Shown here: positions 1-8,141 of the stretch, in pieces
Layout: each line of letters begins with the position of its first letter
How positions within the stretch are numbered: the stretch's first letter is position 1
IMG/VR virus record: IMGVR_UViG_3300025132_000038
Coordinates: 1-60,119 of that record
Source: a virus
Taxonomy: Duplodnaviria > Caudoviricetes
Strand: one strand, 5' to 3'
Length of the DNA: 60,119 nucleotides
Translations under genes and position numbers: made by a program
Notes under the pieces: generated by a model
Seen by the model: the letters and a program-made list of their open reading frames with translations, nothing else
Told to the model about the DNA's origin: nothing
Database searches by the model: none

Positions 1-14
1 CACACCGGAGATAG
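1..14. repeat. Terminal overlap (circular assembly junction), left copy
   Basis: CACACCGGAGATAG at 1-14 is identical to 60106-60119; an ORF reads in frame across the join. Confidence 0.9.
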
Positions 15-783
15 AGTGGGAGAATTAGCCTTATTTAAGGGATTTGAGACCGATTCTAGCTGTGGAGTTGAAGCAATTACACATATTTTGCCACTATTAC
101 CAAAAGGCCTATGGAGAAACAAAGTATTTAACATGTTTCATCAGGCCAAGCACATAATAGAGGACGAATTTAGCCCCTCTAACGCAGATTGTGGAGGTCA
201 TATAACTTTGTCAGCTTTTGGAGTAAATTCAACCGATTTATTTAATAAAGTTAGAAAGTACTCCGGTCTAATAATGTCTCTATATAGACTGAGGTTGATA
301 AACCCCTTTGTTAAGTACAATATGACAATGAGAGACACTAGAAGTAGTGGAACGTGGGTCAACGGCCAGCACACTCATAGTGGGTCAAGAGATAGCTACA
401 CACATCAAAAATATTGTTTTTGTAAAATAGGAGATAATGGAACAATAGAGTTTCGAGTACCTCCACGAGTTACCGGAGTTAAGCAATTAATGAAACGTTA
501 CGATTTATTTTATGAATTAATTGATTGTGCTATAAATGAAGTCTCCAACGGGTCATTTTTAAATAGAGTGAGACCTATTTTAAATAGTATGTACCCAAAT
601 CAACCGGAAAAGGTGGAAATGATTATAAGAGATAGTAAAAAGTTTCAGAAATTTATTGACACTCATGGGGAGTACACGTGCGACTTAACAGACACTTTTA
701 TTGAGTGCAACACACCAGAACGCCACGAAAGTCGAAAAGAGTACATAAGGACTCAACAAGAACTTTCTAGGATAGCGAGTTGA
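1..783 (+). CDS. Putative amidoligase (COOH-NH2 ligase, Amidoligase_2-like), 3' part; gene starts at 59860, ~342 aa total
   Basis: Joined protein has GFEIE...ETDSSC-GVEAITH...CGGHI...TIEFR motifs of glutamine-synthetase-fold amidoligases; next gene is a GATase/GGCT. Confidence 0.75.
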   Translation, partial: HTGDRVGELALFKGFETDSSCGVEAITHILPLLPKGLWRNKVFNMFHQAKHIIEDEFSPSNADCGGHITLSAFGVNSTDLFNKVRKYSGLIMSLYRLRLINPFVKYNMTMRDTRSSGTWVNGQHTHSGSRDSYTHQKYCFCKIGDNGTIEFRVPPRVTGVKQLMKRYDLFYELIDCAINEVSNGSFLNRVRPILNSMYPNQPEKVEMIIRDSKKFQKFIDTHGEYTCDLTDTFIECNTPERHESRKEYIRTQQELSRIAS

Positions 784-805
784 CAGAGTTAAGTTGACAA
801 TAATT

Positions 806-831
806 AAAGGGGACACTAGTCCCCTTTTTTT
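806..831 (+). terminator. Intrinsic terminator after the amidoligase gene
   Basis: GGGGAC-ACTA-GTCCCC hairpin followed by T7. Confidence 0.85.
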
Positions 832-838
832 ATGTCCT

Positions 839-947
839 AATGTATCTTTAAAGAGACACCACACCAACCCACACAACACCAACCCAAACAACACCAACCC
901 ACAAAACACCAACCCACAAAACAAACAATGTATCTTTAAAGAGACAC
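839..947. repeat. 21-bp direct repeat (AATGTATCTTTAAAGAGACAC at 839-859 and 927-947) flanking 4 x 15-bp A/C-only tandem repeats (861-920)
   Basis: Read directly; tandem unit ACACCAACCCA(C/A)A(C/A)A. Confidence 0.9.
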
Positions 948-957
948 TTTCAATTAT

Positions 958-1046
958 TTGTTTTTCAGTCAGTCAAAAAACGAATTATTAGAAGACCGAT
1001 TTATTTTTTTTGTGTTTCAGCTAGTCAAAACACGAATTTTTGAAGA
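958..1046. repeat. Imperfect ~38-bp direct repeat (958-995 and 1010-1046)
   Basis: TTGTTTTTCAGTCAGTCAAAAAACGAATTATTAGAAGA vs TTGTGTTTCAGCTAGTCAAAACACGAATTTTTGAAGA. Confidence 0.7.
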
Positions 1047-1344
1047 AATTTTTAAGCTAACGGAGACCTTCATAGACCACGCCACCTCTGTTAAATGCAA
1101 AAATAAAGAGGAAACCTGCACATCCCCCACATGCTGACGACCACCGGCACACTTACGCAAGCCATTTGCGTAAACGAAAAAAATACACCGGCCTAAGAAA
1201 AATAAATTTGGTAGTTACATATATATATATTATCTTAGCAAAGAATTTGAATTATTCATAGCGAAAAAAGGGAAATCGTCAAGTTGTTAGACAAATGGGG
1301 GAAACAACAAAGCGAAGTCCCTTTTTTTATTTCTCCCCTCTTTA

Positions 1345-1376
1345 TTTGGTATTGTCTAAATTTTGTCTTATATTTG
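1345..1376 (+). promoter_or_regulatory. Bacteroidota-type promoter (-33 TTTG / -7 TATATTTG)
   Basis: TTTG 1345-1348, 20-nt spacer, TATATTTG 1369-1376, upstream of ATG 1438. Confidence 0.75.
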
Positions 1377-1437
1377 TTTATTATTAACCGAGTTCTGAAC
1401 ATCAAAACATATGTTCTACTCATAAAATTTTAAACTT

Positions 1438-2574
1438 ATGTGTGTTATAATAGTTAAACAACAAAAAGAGAAAAAAGTATCCAAAGAGATATTAAAAACA
1501 TCAAGCAGAATTAACCCTCACGGATTGGGGGTTGTATGGTTAGATACATTTGAAGTATCTTATCACAAATCAAAAGAGTATAAAATTCTTGACACAACTA
1601 GACCTTATATTGCTCATTTTCGTTATGCAACAATAGGTAAAGTAAATAGAGCTAATACTCATCCTTTTATATGTGGCGATAATTCTGATGAATTATTAAT
1701 GATGAATGGTAGTATATATGGATTAGGAAATTCTAAAACGTGTGATACTAAAGTTCTTGCACAGAATTTAGGTAAGACTTCACGTCATACGTGGAAAAAA
1801 CAACTATCCGAGTATGATTGTAGATTCACTACAATTAATACTAGAACACGTACCTTTCAAATGTATAATAGAGAATTGTGGACAAAGAAAAACGGAGTTT
1901 GGTTTAGTAAAGACAATGTTATACAAGACAATTTGGTTGCAGTGTATGGAACATTAAAGAAAAATTACTCAAACTATAATCACTATTTACGTAGTTCTAA
2001 ATATGTAGGTAGTGGAGAAACACAAGACCGATACCCTTTATTAATAGAAAGCCTGCCGTTTGTGGTAAACAAAAAAGGAGTAGGTCATAATGTAGTTGTG
2101 GATGTGTTTAAAGTTTCTAACACCAAATTAGCAGACCTAGATAAACTAGAGGGACATCCACGTTGGTACAAAAGAGAAATCATACCTATTAAATTAAAAA
2201 GTGGTAAGGTTGTTAATTGTTGGGTATATTTCAACGATAAAGCTATAAACAAAAACACCACGTTTCACAAAACATATACTCAGTCGTATTTAGGTTATAC
2301 ATCAAATTGGAGAAATAATTGGTTAAGGTTTGATAATGACACGGCCATTGACACGTTCCGTGAGGATGAAATTTTACGAGAGGATGAGGTTGTGGAAACA
2401 AAACCCTTTTGTGTAGGTTGCTACAACGATTTAAAGTTTGACGGCTTTTCTAACTATCATTGTAGTAGTTGCGATAGTTGGTTTACTGAATCTGAAATAT
2501 TGCAAGACCACTTTGTTGAGAGGTCAGTGGATAGAATTATGGAGGGGAGTATGGATAATGAAGACACCATTTAG
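1438..2574 (+). CDS. Class II glutamine amidotransferase fused to a gamma-glutamylcyclotransferase (GGCT/AIG2-like) domain and a C-terminal Zn ribbon
   Basis: N-terminal MC, NPHGLG, HFRYATIG, NTHPF, MNG; then VYGTLK...LDKLEGHP.WY; CVGC...CSSC. Confidence 0.85.
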   Translation: MCVIIVKQQKEKKVSKEILKTSSRINPHGLGVVWLDTFEVSYHKSKEYKILDTTRPYIAHFRYATIGKVNRANTHPFICGDNSDELLMMNGSIYGLGNSKTCDTKVLAQNLGKTSRHTWKKQLSEYDCRFTTINTRTRTFQMYNRELWTKKNGVWFSKDNVIQDNLVAVYGTLKKNYSNYNHYLRSSKYVGSGETQDRYPLLIESLPFVVNKKGVGHNVVVDVFKVSNTKLADLDKLEGHPRWYKREIIPIKLKSGKVVNCWVYFNDKAINKNTTFHKTYTQSYLGYTSNWRNNWLRFDNDTAIDTFREDEILREDEVVETKPFCVGCYNDLKFDGFSNYHCSSCDSWFTESEILQDHFVERSVDRIMEGSMDNEDTI

Positions 2575-2734
2575 TATGAGGTTTGAATGTAAGTATTGTT
2601 ATCGCAATATGACTCATTATGTACTTATGCAACTTGAAGGTAAGTTGACTAAAACAGAAGTGGAGAACATGTGCGATTGCAAAAAGAAAAAAAAGGATAT
2701 AAGTAAATTAAAATATAACGGAAATAAAAATTAA
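2558..2734 (+). CDS. Small Cys-rich hypothetical protein (likely start 2558, MKTPF)
   Basis: ATG overlapping the end of the upstream gene; CKYC and CDC. Confidence 0.5.
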   Translation: MKTPFSMRFECKYCYRNMTHYVLMQLEGKLTKTEVENMCDCKKKKKDISKLKYNGNKN

Positions 2735-2739
2735 AAATT

Positions 2740-2886
2740 ATGAATAATTATAAAACCTATTTAATAGATATGATAATGGCCTTAGAGGGAAACACCAGTA
2801 TTGAGTATCACGTGAGTTTACTAACCTACTCTATAAACGAGTTGGTAGAAATTAAAGACGAGAAGTTTAACCAAAAATTAAAATAA
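2740..2886 (+). CDS. Small hypothetical protein, 48 aa (not in ORF track)
   Basis: AAAAATTATG start context; MNNYKTYLIDMIMALEG... Confidence 0.55.
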   Translation: MNNYKTYLIDMIMALEGNTSIEYHVSLLTYSINELVEIKDEKFNQKLK

Positions 2887-2907
2887 AATTAATAAAAACA
2901 ATAAGTT

Positions 2908-3219
2908 ATGAACACAAACACATTAAATAAACATTTAGAAAATAAATCAACACAAGAAGTAACTAAAATGATTACAGAGATATTAGACATCATTGATAAA
3001 TATGATAAGGAATATAATTTAGAACACGAAAGTTTTTATCTATTACAAATAAATAAAAAGGAAAGATATAGTAAAGAGAAAATAGTTTATCAAGATAAAT
3101 TATTTAAAATAAGGGACATAAGAGATATGTTAAGAAATATGTTTAAAGATAGATATTTTAATAGAATACTTAAAAGAAGAACACAAGACTTGTTAAATAA
3201 AGTTGAATTATTAGATTAA
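2908..3219 (+). CDS. Hypothetical protein
   Basis: 103-aa ORF in the early gene array with A-rich leader. Confidence 0.7.
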   Translation: MNTNTLNKHLENKSTQEVTKMITEILDIIDKYDKEYNLEHESFYLLQINKKERYSKEKIVYQDKLFKIRDIRDMLRNMFKDRYFNRILKRRTQDLLNKVELLD

Positions 3220-3225
3220 AAAATT

Positions 3226-3384
3226 ATGAAAAATAAAGTAAATCAAGTAAATAAAGAAATAGCAATAGAATGTTTAAAGTCTATGTTAGATTGGAGTGAT
3301 AGAATAGGCACGGAAGAAAGACAAGAGATAGAGTTTGTATTGGATATGCTAACGAGAAAAGAAAATTTAATAAAAAATAAATAA
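3226..3384 (+). CDS. Small hypothetical protein, 52 aa (not in ORF track)
   Basis: AAAAAATTATG start; fills the gap between neighbours. Confidence 0.55.
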   Translation: MKNKVNQVNKEIAIECLKSMLDWSDRIGTEERQEIEFVLDMLTRKENLIKNK

Positions 3385-3391
3385 TAAAATT

Positions 3392-3757
3392 ATGGAAAAA
3401 GAAACAAGATATTATATATGGGATAATGACTTACATCAAAGGTGGGGACAAATTGATTACATTATAAGGAATGATAAAGTTTATTATCTTGAGACGGGCG
3501 AGTATGTTGACTTGACAATGTTGTTACAAGATTGGGCTTTAAGTAAACCTGAGGAAGAATGGGGGGAGTGGTATAATGATGATGAAGGGAATTACTTAGG
3601 AGAAGACTATAAGTTTGAGGACTATATAAAGAGTTTGTCTAATAAAGACATAATACATGAATTGTTTGCGTGTAGTTATGAGGTTAGACAAATTATAGAT
3701 ATTGAACTTGATACAGATTCAATATGGAAATTAAAAAATTTAATTAAACCAAAATAA
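3392..3757 (+). CDS. Hypothetical acidic protein
   Basis: 121-aa ORF preceded by AATAAAATTATG. Confidence 0.75.
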   Translation: MEKETRYYIWDNDLHQRWGQIDYIIRNDKVYYLETGEYVDLTMLLQDWALSKPEEEWGEWYNDDEGNYLGEDYKFEDYIKSLSNKDIIHELFACSYEVRQIIDIELDTDSIWKLKNLIKPK

Positions 3758-3765
3758 ATAAAATT

Positions 3766-3894
3766 ATGGAAAAGAGAAATTTAATCTTATATGTTTTAAA
3801 AGAAGACATAAAACAACAATTAGAAGAATTTGAATTAGGTGGTATTGATGTATGGGAATTAATTAAAAGAATAGAAACAATAGTAAATAAATAA
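3766..3894 (+). CDS. Small hypothetical protein, 42 aa (not in ORF track)
   Basis: AAATAAATAAAATTATGGAAAAG junction motif. Confidence 0.55.
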   Translation: MEKRNLILYVLKEDIKQQLEEFELGGIDVWELIKRIETIVNK

Positions 3895-3898
3895 AATT

Positions 3899-4069
3899 AT
3901 GGAAAAGAAAATTGACAATTATATAGAGTGGTATAGAGTAGATTGCTCTGACCCTCACGGAGAATTAAAATGGTTAATAGATTTACTATTAAATAGTGAA
4001 CATACAGAAGATATGGAACAAGTATTAAATGATACTTACGAATTATATAAATCAAATTATACTCAATAA
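3899..4069 (+). CDS. Small hypothetical protein, 56 aa (not in ORF track)
   Basis: Same junction motif; MEKKIDNYIEWYRVDC... Confidence 0.55.
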   Translation: MEKKIDNYIEWYRVDCSDPHGELKWLIDLLLNSEHTEDMEQVLNDTYELYKSNYTQ

Positions 4070-4073
4070 AATT

Positions 4074-4400
4074 ATGAAAACAAGAAACGATTTAGAATAC
4101 GCAAATTCTCAACCAAATGAGAACGAATTAGAAAAAGAAAGATTAGTAACAATATCAAATAGAAGTGTATATCATAAATACGCAGAGGTAACTATACCTA
4201 TACCCAAACGTATCAAAAAAGAGGATGTGGCCGATTGGTTATTTGAAAATGAAAACTTATACACAGATGATTTAGACCAACGATTACATGAATCAAAGTA
4301 TGAGTTTGGGTTTGGATTGGGGGAAGGCATGGATGAAAAAGATGAAGAAAGTGAAACGAGGTACGATATAGAGGGAGAAAAATATGGGGGACACCTATAA
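4074..4400 (+). CDS. Hypothetical acidic protein (likely start 4074, MKTRND)
   Basis: AATAAAATTATG context; ends YGGHL immediately before the ribozyme. Confidence 0.7.
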   Translation: MKTRNDLEYANSQPNENELEKERLVTISNRSVYHKYAEVTIPIPKRIKKEDVADWLFENENLYTDDLDQRLHESKYEFGFGLGEGMDEKDEESETRYDIEGEKYGGHL

Positions 4401-4460
4401 GTCTCCGTCTACGAGTTATTTCTCGTACTGATGAGTTCACGTAGAACGAAACGGAAACTT
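4399..4460 (+). ncRNA. Type III hammerhead ribozyme
   Basis: GUC cleavage triplet 4407-4409; stem I UACGAG/CUCGUA; core CUGAUGA 4428-4434; stem II GUUC/GAAC; GAAA 4448-4451; stem III AAGUCUCCG/CGGAAACUU with one mismatch. Confidence 0.9.
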
Positions 4461-4476
4461 TAAAAAATTAAATAAA

Positions 4477-4707
4477 ATGAAAGAATTAAAAAAAATGATT
4501 AAGATTGCTTTTAAAAGTGCTTACGATAGATTAAAATTATTAGTGTTATTAGTTATGACTCTAGGTTCATTAGGAGGAGGGATATATTGCGTAGCTATTA
4601 TGCTAGACAAATGTGGTTGGAACATACCTTTGTTTTTATTAGGTTGCGTTGGTATTTGGTTTGGGATTGGGATGATAGATATGTTTAGAGACACTTTTAA
4701 CAGATAA
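4477..4707 (+). CDS. Small membrane protein (2 TM)
   Basis: Two hydrophobic segments. Confidence 0.7.
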   Translation: MKELKKMIKIAFKSAYDRLKLLVLLVMTLGSLGGGIYCVAIMLDKCGWNIPLFLLGCVGIWFGIGMIDMFRDTFNR

Positions 4708-4744
4708 ATAGAAATTTAAGTTTAATTAAAAAAAATATAAAATT

Positions 4745-5134
4745 ATGGGAAGGTATTATTCAGGCGACATAGACGGAAAATTTTGGTTCGCTATTCAAAG
4801 TTCAAATTGTGCTGATAGATTTGGTTCAACGGGTCAAACCCCAAACTATTTAGATTATTGGTTTGATGAGAGTCATTTAGAGAATATTAATAATGAGTTA
4901 TTAGAAATAGAAAAAAATTTAGGAGAAAACCTTAAATTATTAAACGAGTTCTTTAACCTTAATAATGGGTATAATAATCAAATGATAACCGAGTTCTACA
5001 AAGAAAAGGGCAAAACGATAGGAGAAGGAGATATTAAACATTTATTAGAGGAGTATGCAGACTTGTCCTTAGGCAAAGAGATAAGGGATTGCGTTAAAGA
5101 AAACGGAGAATGTAACTTTACGGCAGAGTTGTAA
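4745..5134 (+). CDS. Conserved-looking phage hypothetical protein
   Basis: MGRYYSGDIDGKFWFAIQSS N-terminus; followed by a terminator. Confidence 0.75.
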   Translation: MGRYYSGDIDGKFWFAIQSSNCADRFGSTGQTPNYLDYWFDESHLENINNELLEIEKNLGENLKLLNEFFNLNNGYNNQMITEFYKEKGKTIGEGDIKHLLEEYADLSLGKEIRDCVKENGECNFTAEL

Positions 5135-5157
5135 TATTTCTTTAAGGATACTCACAG

Positions 5158-5187
5158 AAAAAGGGGGACGTGTTGTCCCCTTTTTTT
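5158..5187 (+). terminator. Intrinsic (possibly bidirectional) terminator
   Basis: A5-GGGGGAC-GTGTT-GTCCCC-T7. Confidence 0.8.
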
Positions 5188-5267
5188 ATGCTCAAAAATA
5201 AACACACAATCACTTGGTAATCATCTAGTTTTACACTATCTTTATACTTAAATTAAATACAATTCAA

Positions 5268-5615
5268 ATGAAAGAGAAAATTAAATTAACTATTAATAGA
5301 CTACAAAAAACAAAAAACCCTTCTACTTTTTATTTAGAAAGATTGCACGATTTACTCAGTAATACAACGAAAGAAAAGTGGGTAAATTCCGGTCAGTATC
5401 ACAACGCGAGAACGTTTGCCAGAAACAACCCTGAGTTTAATATACCTAAAGAAGTAAATCAAGTTATGTTTTATGCAGGGGAGTATGTAGTTTGTTTATA
5501 CGGAGAGACGTTTAAATGGAATGAATGTAGTTTTAGTTCCTTAAAGGATATTGAAAATTGTATTTGGGAAACCGAAAACTTAAAATTAAAAGAAAATGAA
5601 AAAAGAGATATTTAA
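5268..5615 (+). CDS. Hypothetical protein
   Basis: 115-aa ORF. Confidence 0.7.
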   Translation: MKEKIKLTINRLQKTKNPSTFYLERLHDLLSNTTKEKWVNSGQYHNARTFARNNPEFNIPKEVNQVMFYAGEYVVCLYGETFKWNECSFSSLKDIENCIWETENLKLKENEKRDI

Positions 5616-5895
5616 TCAATACGTAAAAGAAGTTGCTCAGGCTTTTGAAGTGGACGCATCCGACATGTTTACTAAAACCAAAGAAAGAACCAAAGTTGAT
5701 GCGAGACACATGTTATATTATTTATGTAAAAATAGGCCTATGCGAATAACTTATATTCAAAAATACATGGAAGGACGGGGTTATAAAATTAATCACTCAT
5801 CCATTATACATGGAATCTCTCAAATTGAAGGAAAAATAAATGAGGATAAAGATTACTTAAGTCTTATTAAGAAAATAGAACAATGTATAGTTTAG
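5596..5895 (+). CDS. DnaA C-terminal-like helix-turn-helix DNA-binding protein
   Basis: ARHMLYYLCK...I..YM...NHSSIIHG resembles DnaA domain IV (RDHTTV.H). Confidence 0.7.
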   Translation: MKKEIFNQYVKEVAQAFEVDASDMFTKTKERTKVDARHMLYYLCKNRPMRITYIQKYMEGRGYKINHSSIIHGISQIEGKINEDKDYLSLIKKIEQCIV

Positions 5896-6290
5896 AACAA
5901 GTGTTTAATGAGGCTTTGGTTGATAGAGAAAGTGCTTTATTAAATAGCAGGCTATATCAAGCTAGATTGTTACGTGGAATCAAAATAGTAAGAGACAACG
6001 AAACTTTAGAGGTTGAGATATTTAATACTACAATAGGTGGGGATTTTTATAAAGAAATAACCCCAGAACAATATAAACTTTTTTTAGAAAATGGTTGGAA
6101 AATTGGAGTTTATGTTATATGTTTGTCTAACTATCGTAGAAAGCTTGTTAGGATTGAGGAACGAATAAAAGAGGAGTTAAATAGTAGAAAAAATGCTAAA
6201 AGTATAAAAACTTCTAAACATAGAAGATTAACTATACTAAAAAATTTTAAAGAAGTGTCAAACAAATTAAAAGAATTTCAAGATGAGTAA
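5883..6290 (+). CDS. Hypothetical protein
   Basis: 135-aa ORF, translationally coupled to neighbours. Confidence 0.75.
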   Translation: MYSLEQVFNEALVDRESALLNSRLYQARLLRGIKIVRDNETLEVEIFNTTIGGDFYKEITPEQYKLFLENGWKIGVYVICLSNYRRKLVRIEERIKEELNSRKNAKSIKTSKHRRLTILKNFKEVSNKLKEFQDE

Positions 6291-6885
6291 ATCAAAAAAT
6301 TATTACAAAGAATTATCAGAACTACCTATTAAAAGATTGGTAGAAAAAAAAGGTGGGTTAGATTATTTATCGTGGTCTAATGCTTGGGATATGTTAAAAA
6401 AAGAACACCCGAAAGCACAAAGAAAGGTATATGAATCAGAGCATACGGGACTAAACTTTTTTACGGACGGAAAAAGTGCTTATGTAAAAGTGGGGATTAG
6501 TGTAAACGATATTGAGCATGTTGACTACCTGCCGGTTATGGACTTTAGAAACAAATCAATACCCGTAGATAAAGTTACATCAACGGATGTTAATAAGGCT
6601 ATTCAACGAGCAACAGCAAAGGCTATTGCTATGCACGGGTTAGGGTTAACCTTATGGACGGGAGAAGATATACCTTCAGAACAAAATGAATCTAATGTTA
6701 TGACTCATATAAGTTTGGATATTGGAAGTGAAAGTTGGGGAAAGGCTTTAACTTATGTGGTCGCTAATAAACATTTAGGGGTAAATAAACTTATAGCTAT
6801 GCTATCTAAAAAATATACTATTACAGATATTGTTAAAAAAGAGATAGAGAAAACTATTAAAATGAACACCCCTCAACCAAAATAA
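6283..6885 (+). CDS. Single-strand annealing protein, Sak3/DUF1071-like
   Basis: LDYLSWSNAW, LPVMDFRNK, NKAIQRATAKAIAMHGLGL.LW.GED. Confidence 0.85.
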   Translation: MSKSKNYYKELSELPIKRLVEKKGGLDYLSWSNAWDMLKKEHPKAQRKVYESEHTGLNFFTDGKSAYVKVGISVNDIEHVDYLPVMDFRNKSIPVDKVTSTDVNKAIQRATAKAIAMHGLGLTLWTGEDIPSEQNESNVMTHISLDIGSESWGKALTYVVANKHLGVNKLIAMLSKKYTITDIVKKEIEKTIKMNTPQPK

Positions 6886-7013
6886 TGGAGAATACATTAA
6901 CAATATTATTTATTCTAGGATTAACATTTGTGGTGGGTGTGGTTATGGGTATATATATAACCACTCAAATTGGAGATTGGATAAATAATCAAATAAATAA
7001 AAAAAATGATTGA
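6885..7013 (+). CDS. Small single-TM protein, 42 aa (not in ORF track)
   Basis: TAATG coupling; hydrophobic ILFILGLTFVVGVVMGIYI. Confidence 0.55.
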   Translation: MENTLTILFILGLTFVVGVVMGIYITTQIGDWINNQINKKND

Positions 7014-7134
7014 TTTAGAAATAGAACCATATGAAGATATGGATGAAAAAGAATTGTGTGCCCATTGTGGAGATGTTTATACAGACAAAAACTTTTGCTC
7101 TCAAGGGTGTGCTACGGCTTTTTTTAATGACTAA
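7006..7134 (+). CDS. Small Zn-finger protein, 42 aa (not in ORF track)
   Basis: CAHCG...FCSQGC. Confidence 0.6.
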   Translation: MIDLEIEPYEDMDEKELCAHCGDVYTDKNFCSQGCATAFFND

Positions 7135-7234
7135 ATAATTAAGGGGGGTTTTTAGGGTTGTTAAAAATGTCATGTCCACAACCTAGCCATAATGGTACTT
7201 TGTGTTTTACCCCCCTTATTTTAAATTAATAATT

Positions 7235-7390
7235 ATGAATAAAAATAGAGACCCAAAACATATATATCAGGAAGATTTCTCAATAGGTATAGAATATCAT
7301 TATGATAACACTTATAAAAAAATTTACGATATACAGAAACTTAAAAGAAAAATTAAAATAATTATAGAAACCTTAGAAAATAAAAAATAA
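7235..7390 (+). CDS. Small hypothetical protein (likely start MNKNRD)
   Basis: AATTATG start context; coupled to the exonuclease start. Confidence 0.5.
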   Translation: MNKNRDPKHIYQEDFSIGIEYHYDNTYKKIYDIQKLKRKIKIIIETLENKK

Positions 7391-8118
7391 TGTCAAAAGA
7401 AATTTTAGAACTATTAAAAGAAGATGAGCAGTATTATAAAGGGGTGGGAAAAAATTATCTATCTAACTCCGATATTGGTACGTTATTAAAAAACCCAAGA
7501 GAATTTGGAATAGAAAGACCCGATAACGTGAATTTTATGAAAGGAAGATTGTTTCATCAGTTGATTTTAGAACCCAACAAAGCAAAGGATATGTTTTGTA
7601 TTGATGTTAATTCACGTAACACAAAAGCATACAAAGAATATAGTAATGGAAAGGTTGTTTTGTTAAAAAAAGAGGTAGATGAAATAAAAAACCTCACTAA
7701 AGTTATGTTAGGTAATGTAGACTTCTTTGATATGATAAGAGAAAAAAACAATCAATATGAAGTGCCTATGATAAAAGAAATAAAAGGAGTAATGTGGAAA
7801 GGGAAAGCAGATATTGTAAACGAGCATATATTAGTAGATTTAAAAACTACAAGTGATATATCAAAATTTAAATGGTCAGCAAGAGATTACAACTATGATA
7901 GTCAAGCATATATATATGAACAACTTTTTGGTAAACCTTTGTTCTTTTTGGTGGTAGATAAACAAACACAATCCTTGGGAATGTTTGAACCAACGCCAGA
8001 GTTTTTAGAAAGGGGAGAAAGAAAAGTAGAAAAAGCAATAGGAGTATACAATCAATTCTTTAGTGATAAAGCTGAGGAGGATATTGACACCTATTACATT
8101 AATGAACAATTAAATTAA
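7390..8118 (+). CDS. PD-(D/E)XK exonuclease, RecE/ExoVIII-like (partner of the SSAP)
   Basis: LSNSDI, GRLFH..ILEP, KGKAD...VDLKTT, Y..QA.IY. Confidence 0.85.
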   Translation: MSKEILELLKEDEQYYKGVGKNYLSNSDIGTLLKNPREFGIERPDNVNFMKGRLFHQLILEPNKAKDMFCIDVNSRNTKAYKEYSNGKVVLLKKEVDEIKNLTKVMLGNVDFFDMIREKNNQYEVPMIKEIKGVMWKGKADIVNEHILVDLKTTSDISKFKWSARDYNYDSQAYIYEQLFGKPLFFLVVDKQTQSLGMFEPTPEFLERGERKVEKAIGVYNQFFSDKAEEDIDTYYINEQLN

Positions 8119-8141
8119 TTATTAACTAAATTTTATTAAAC

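Noticed and set aside
839-947. Mini CRISPR array (two 21-bp palindromic repeats)
   Set aside because: Only two adjacent copies, the 67-nt interval is itself a tandem repeat rather than a unique spacer, and there are no cas genes
685-991. ORFs 685-924 (-) and 794-991 (+)
   Set aside because: Their peptides are translations of the tandem repeat and terminator; no credible start context
4213-4440. 75-aa minus-strand ORF
   Set aside because: Antisense to a real gene and to the hammerhead; no support
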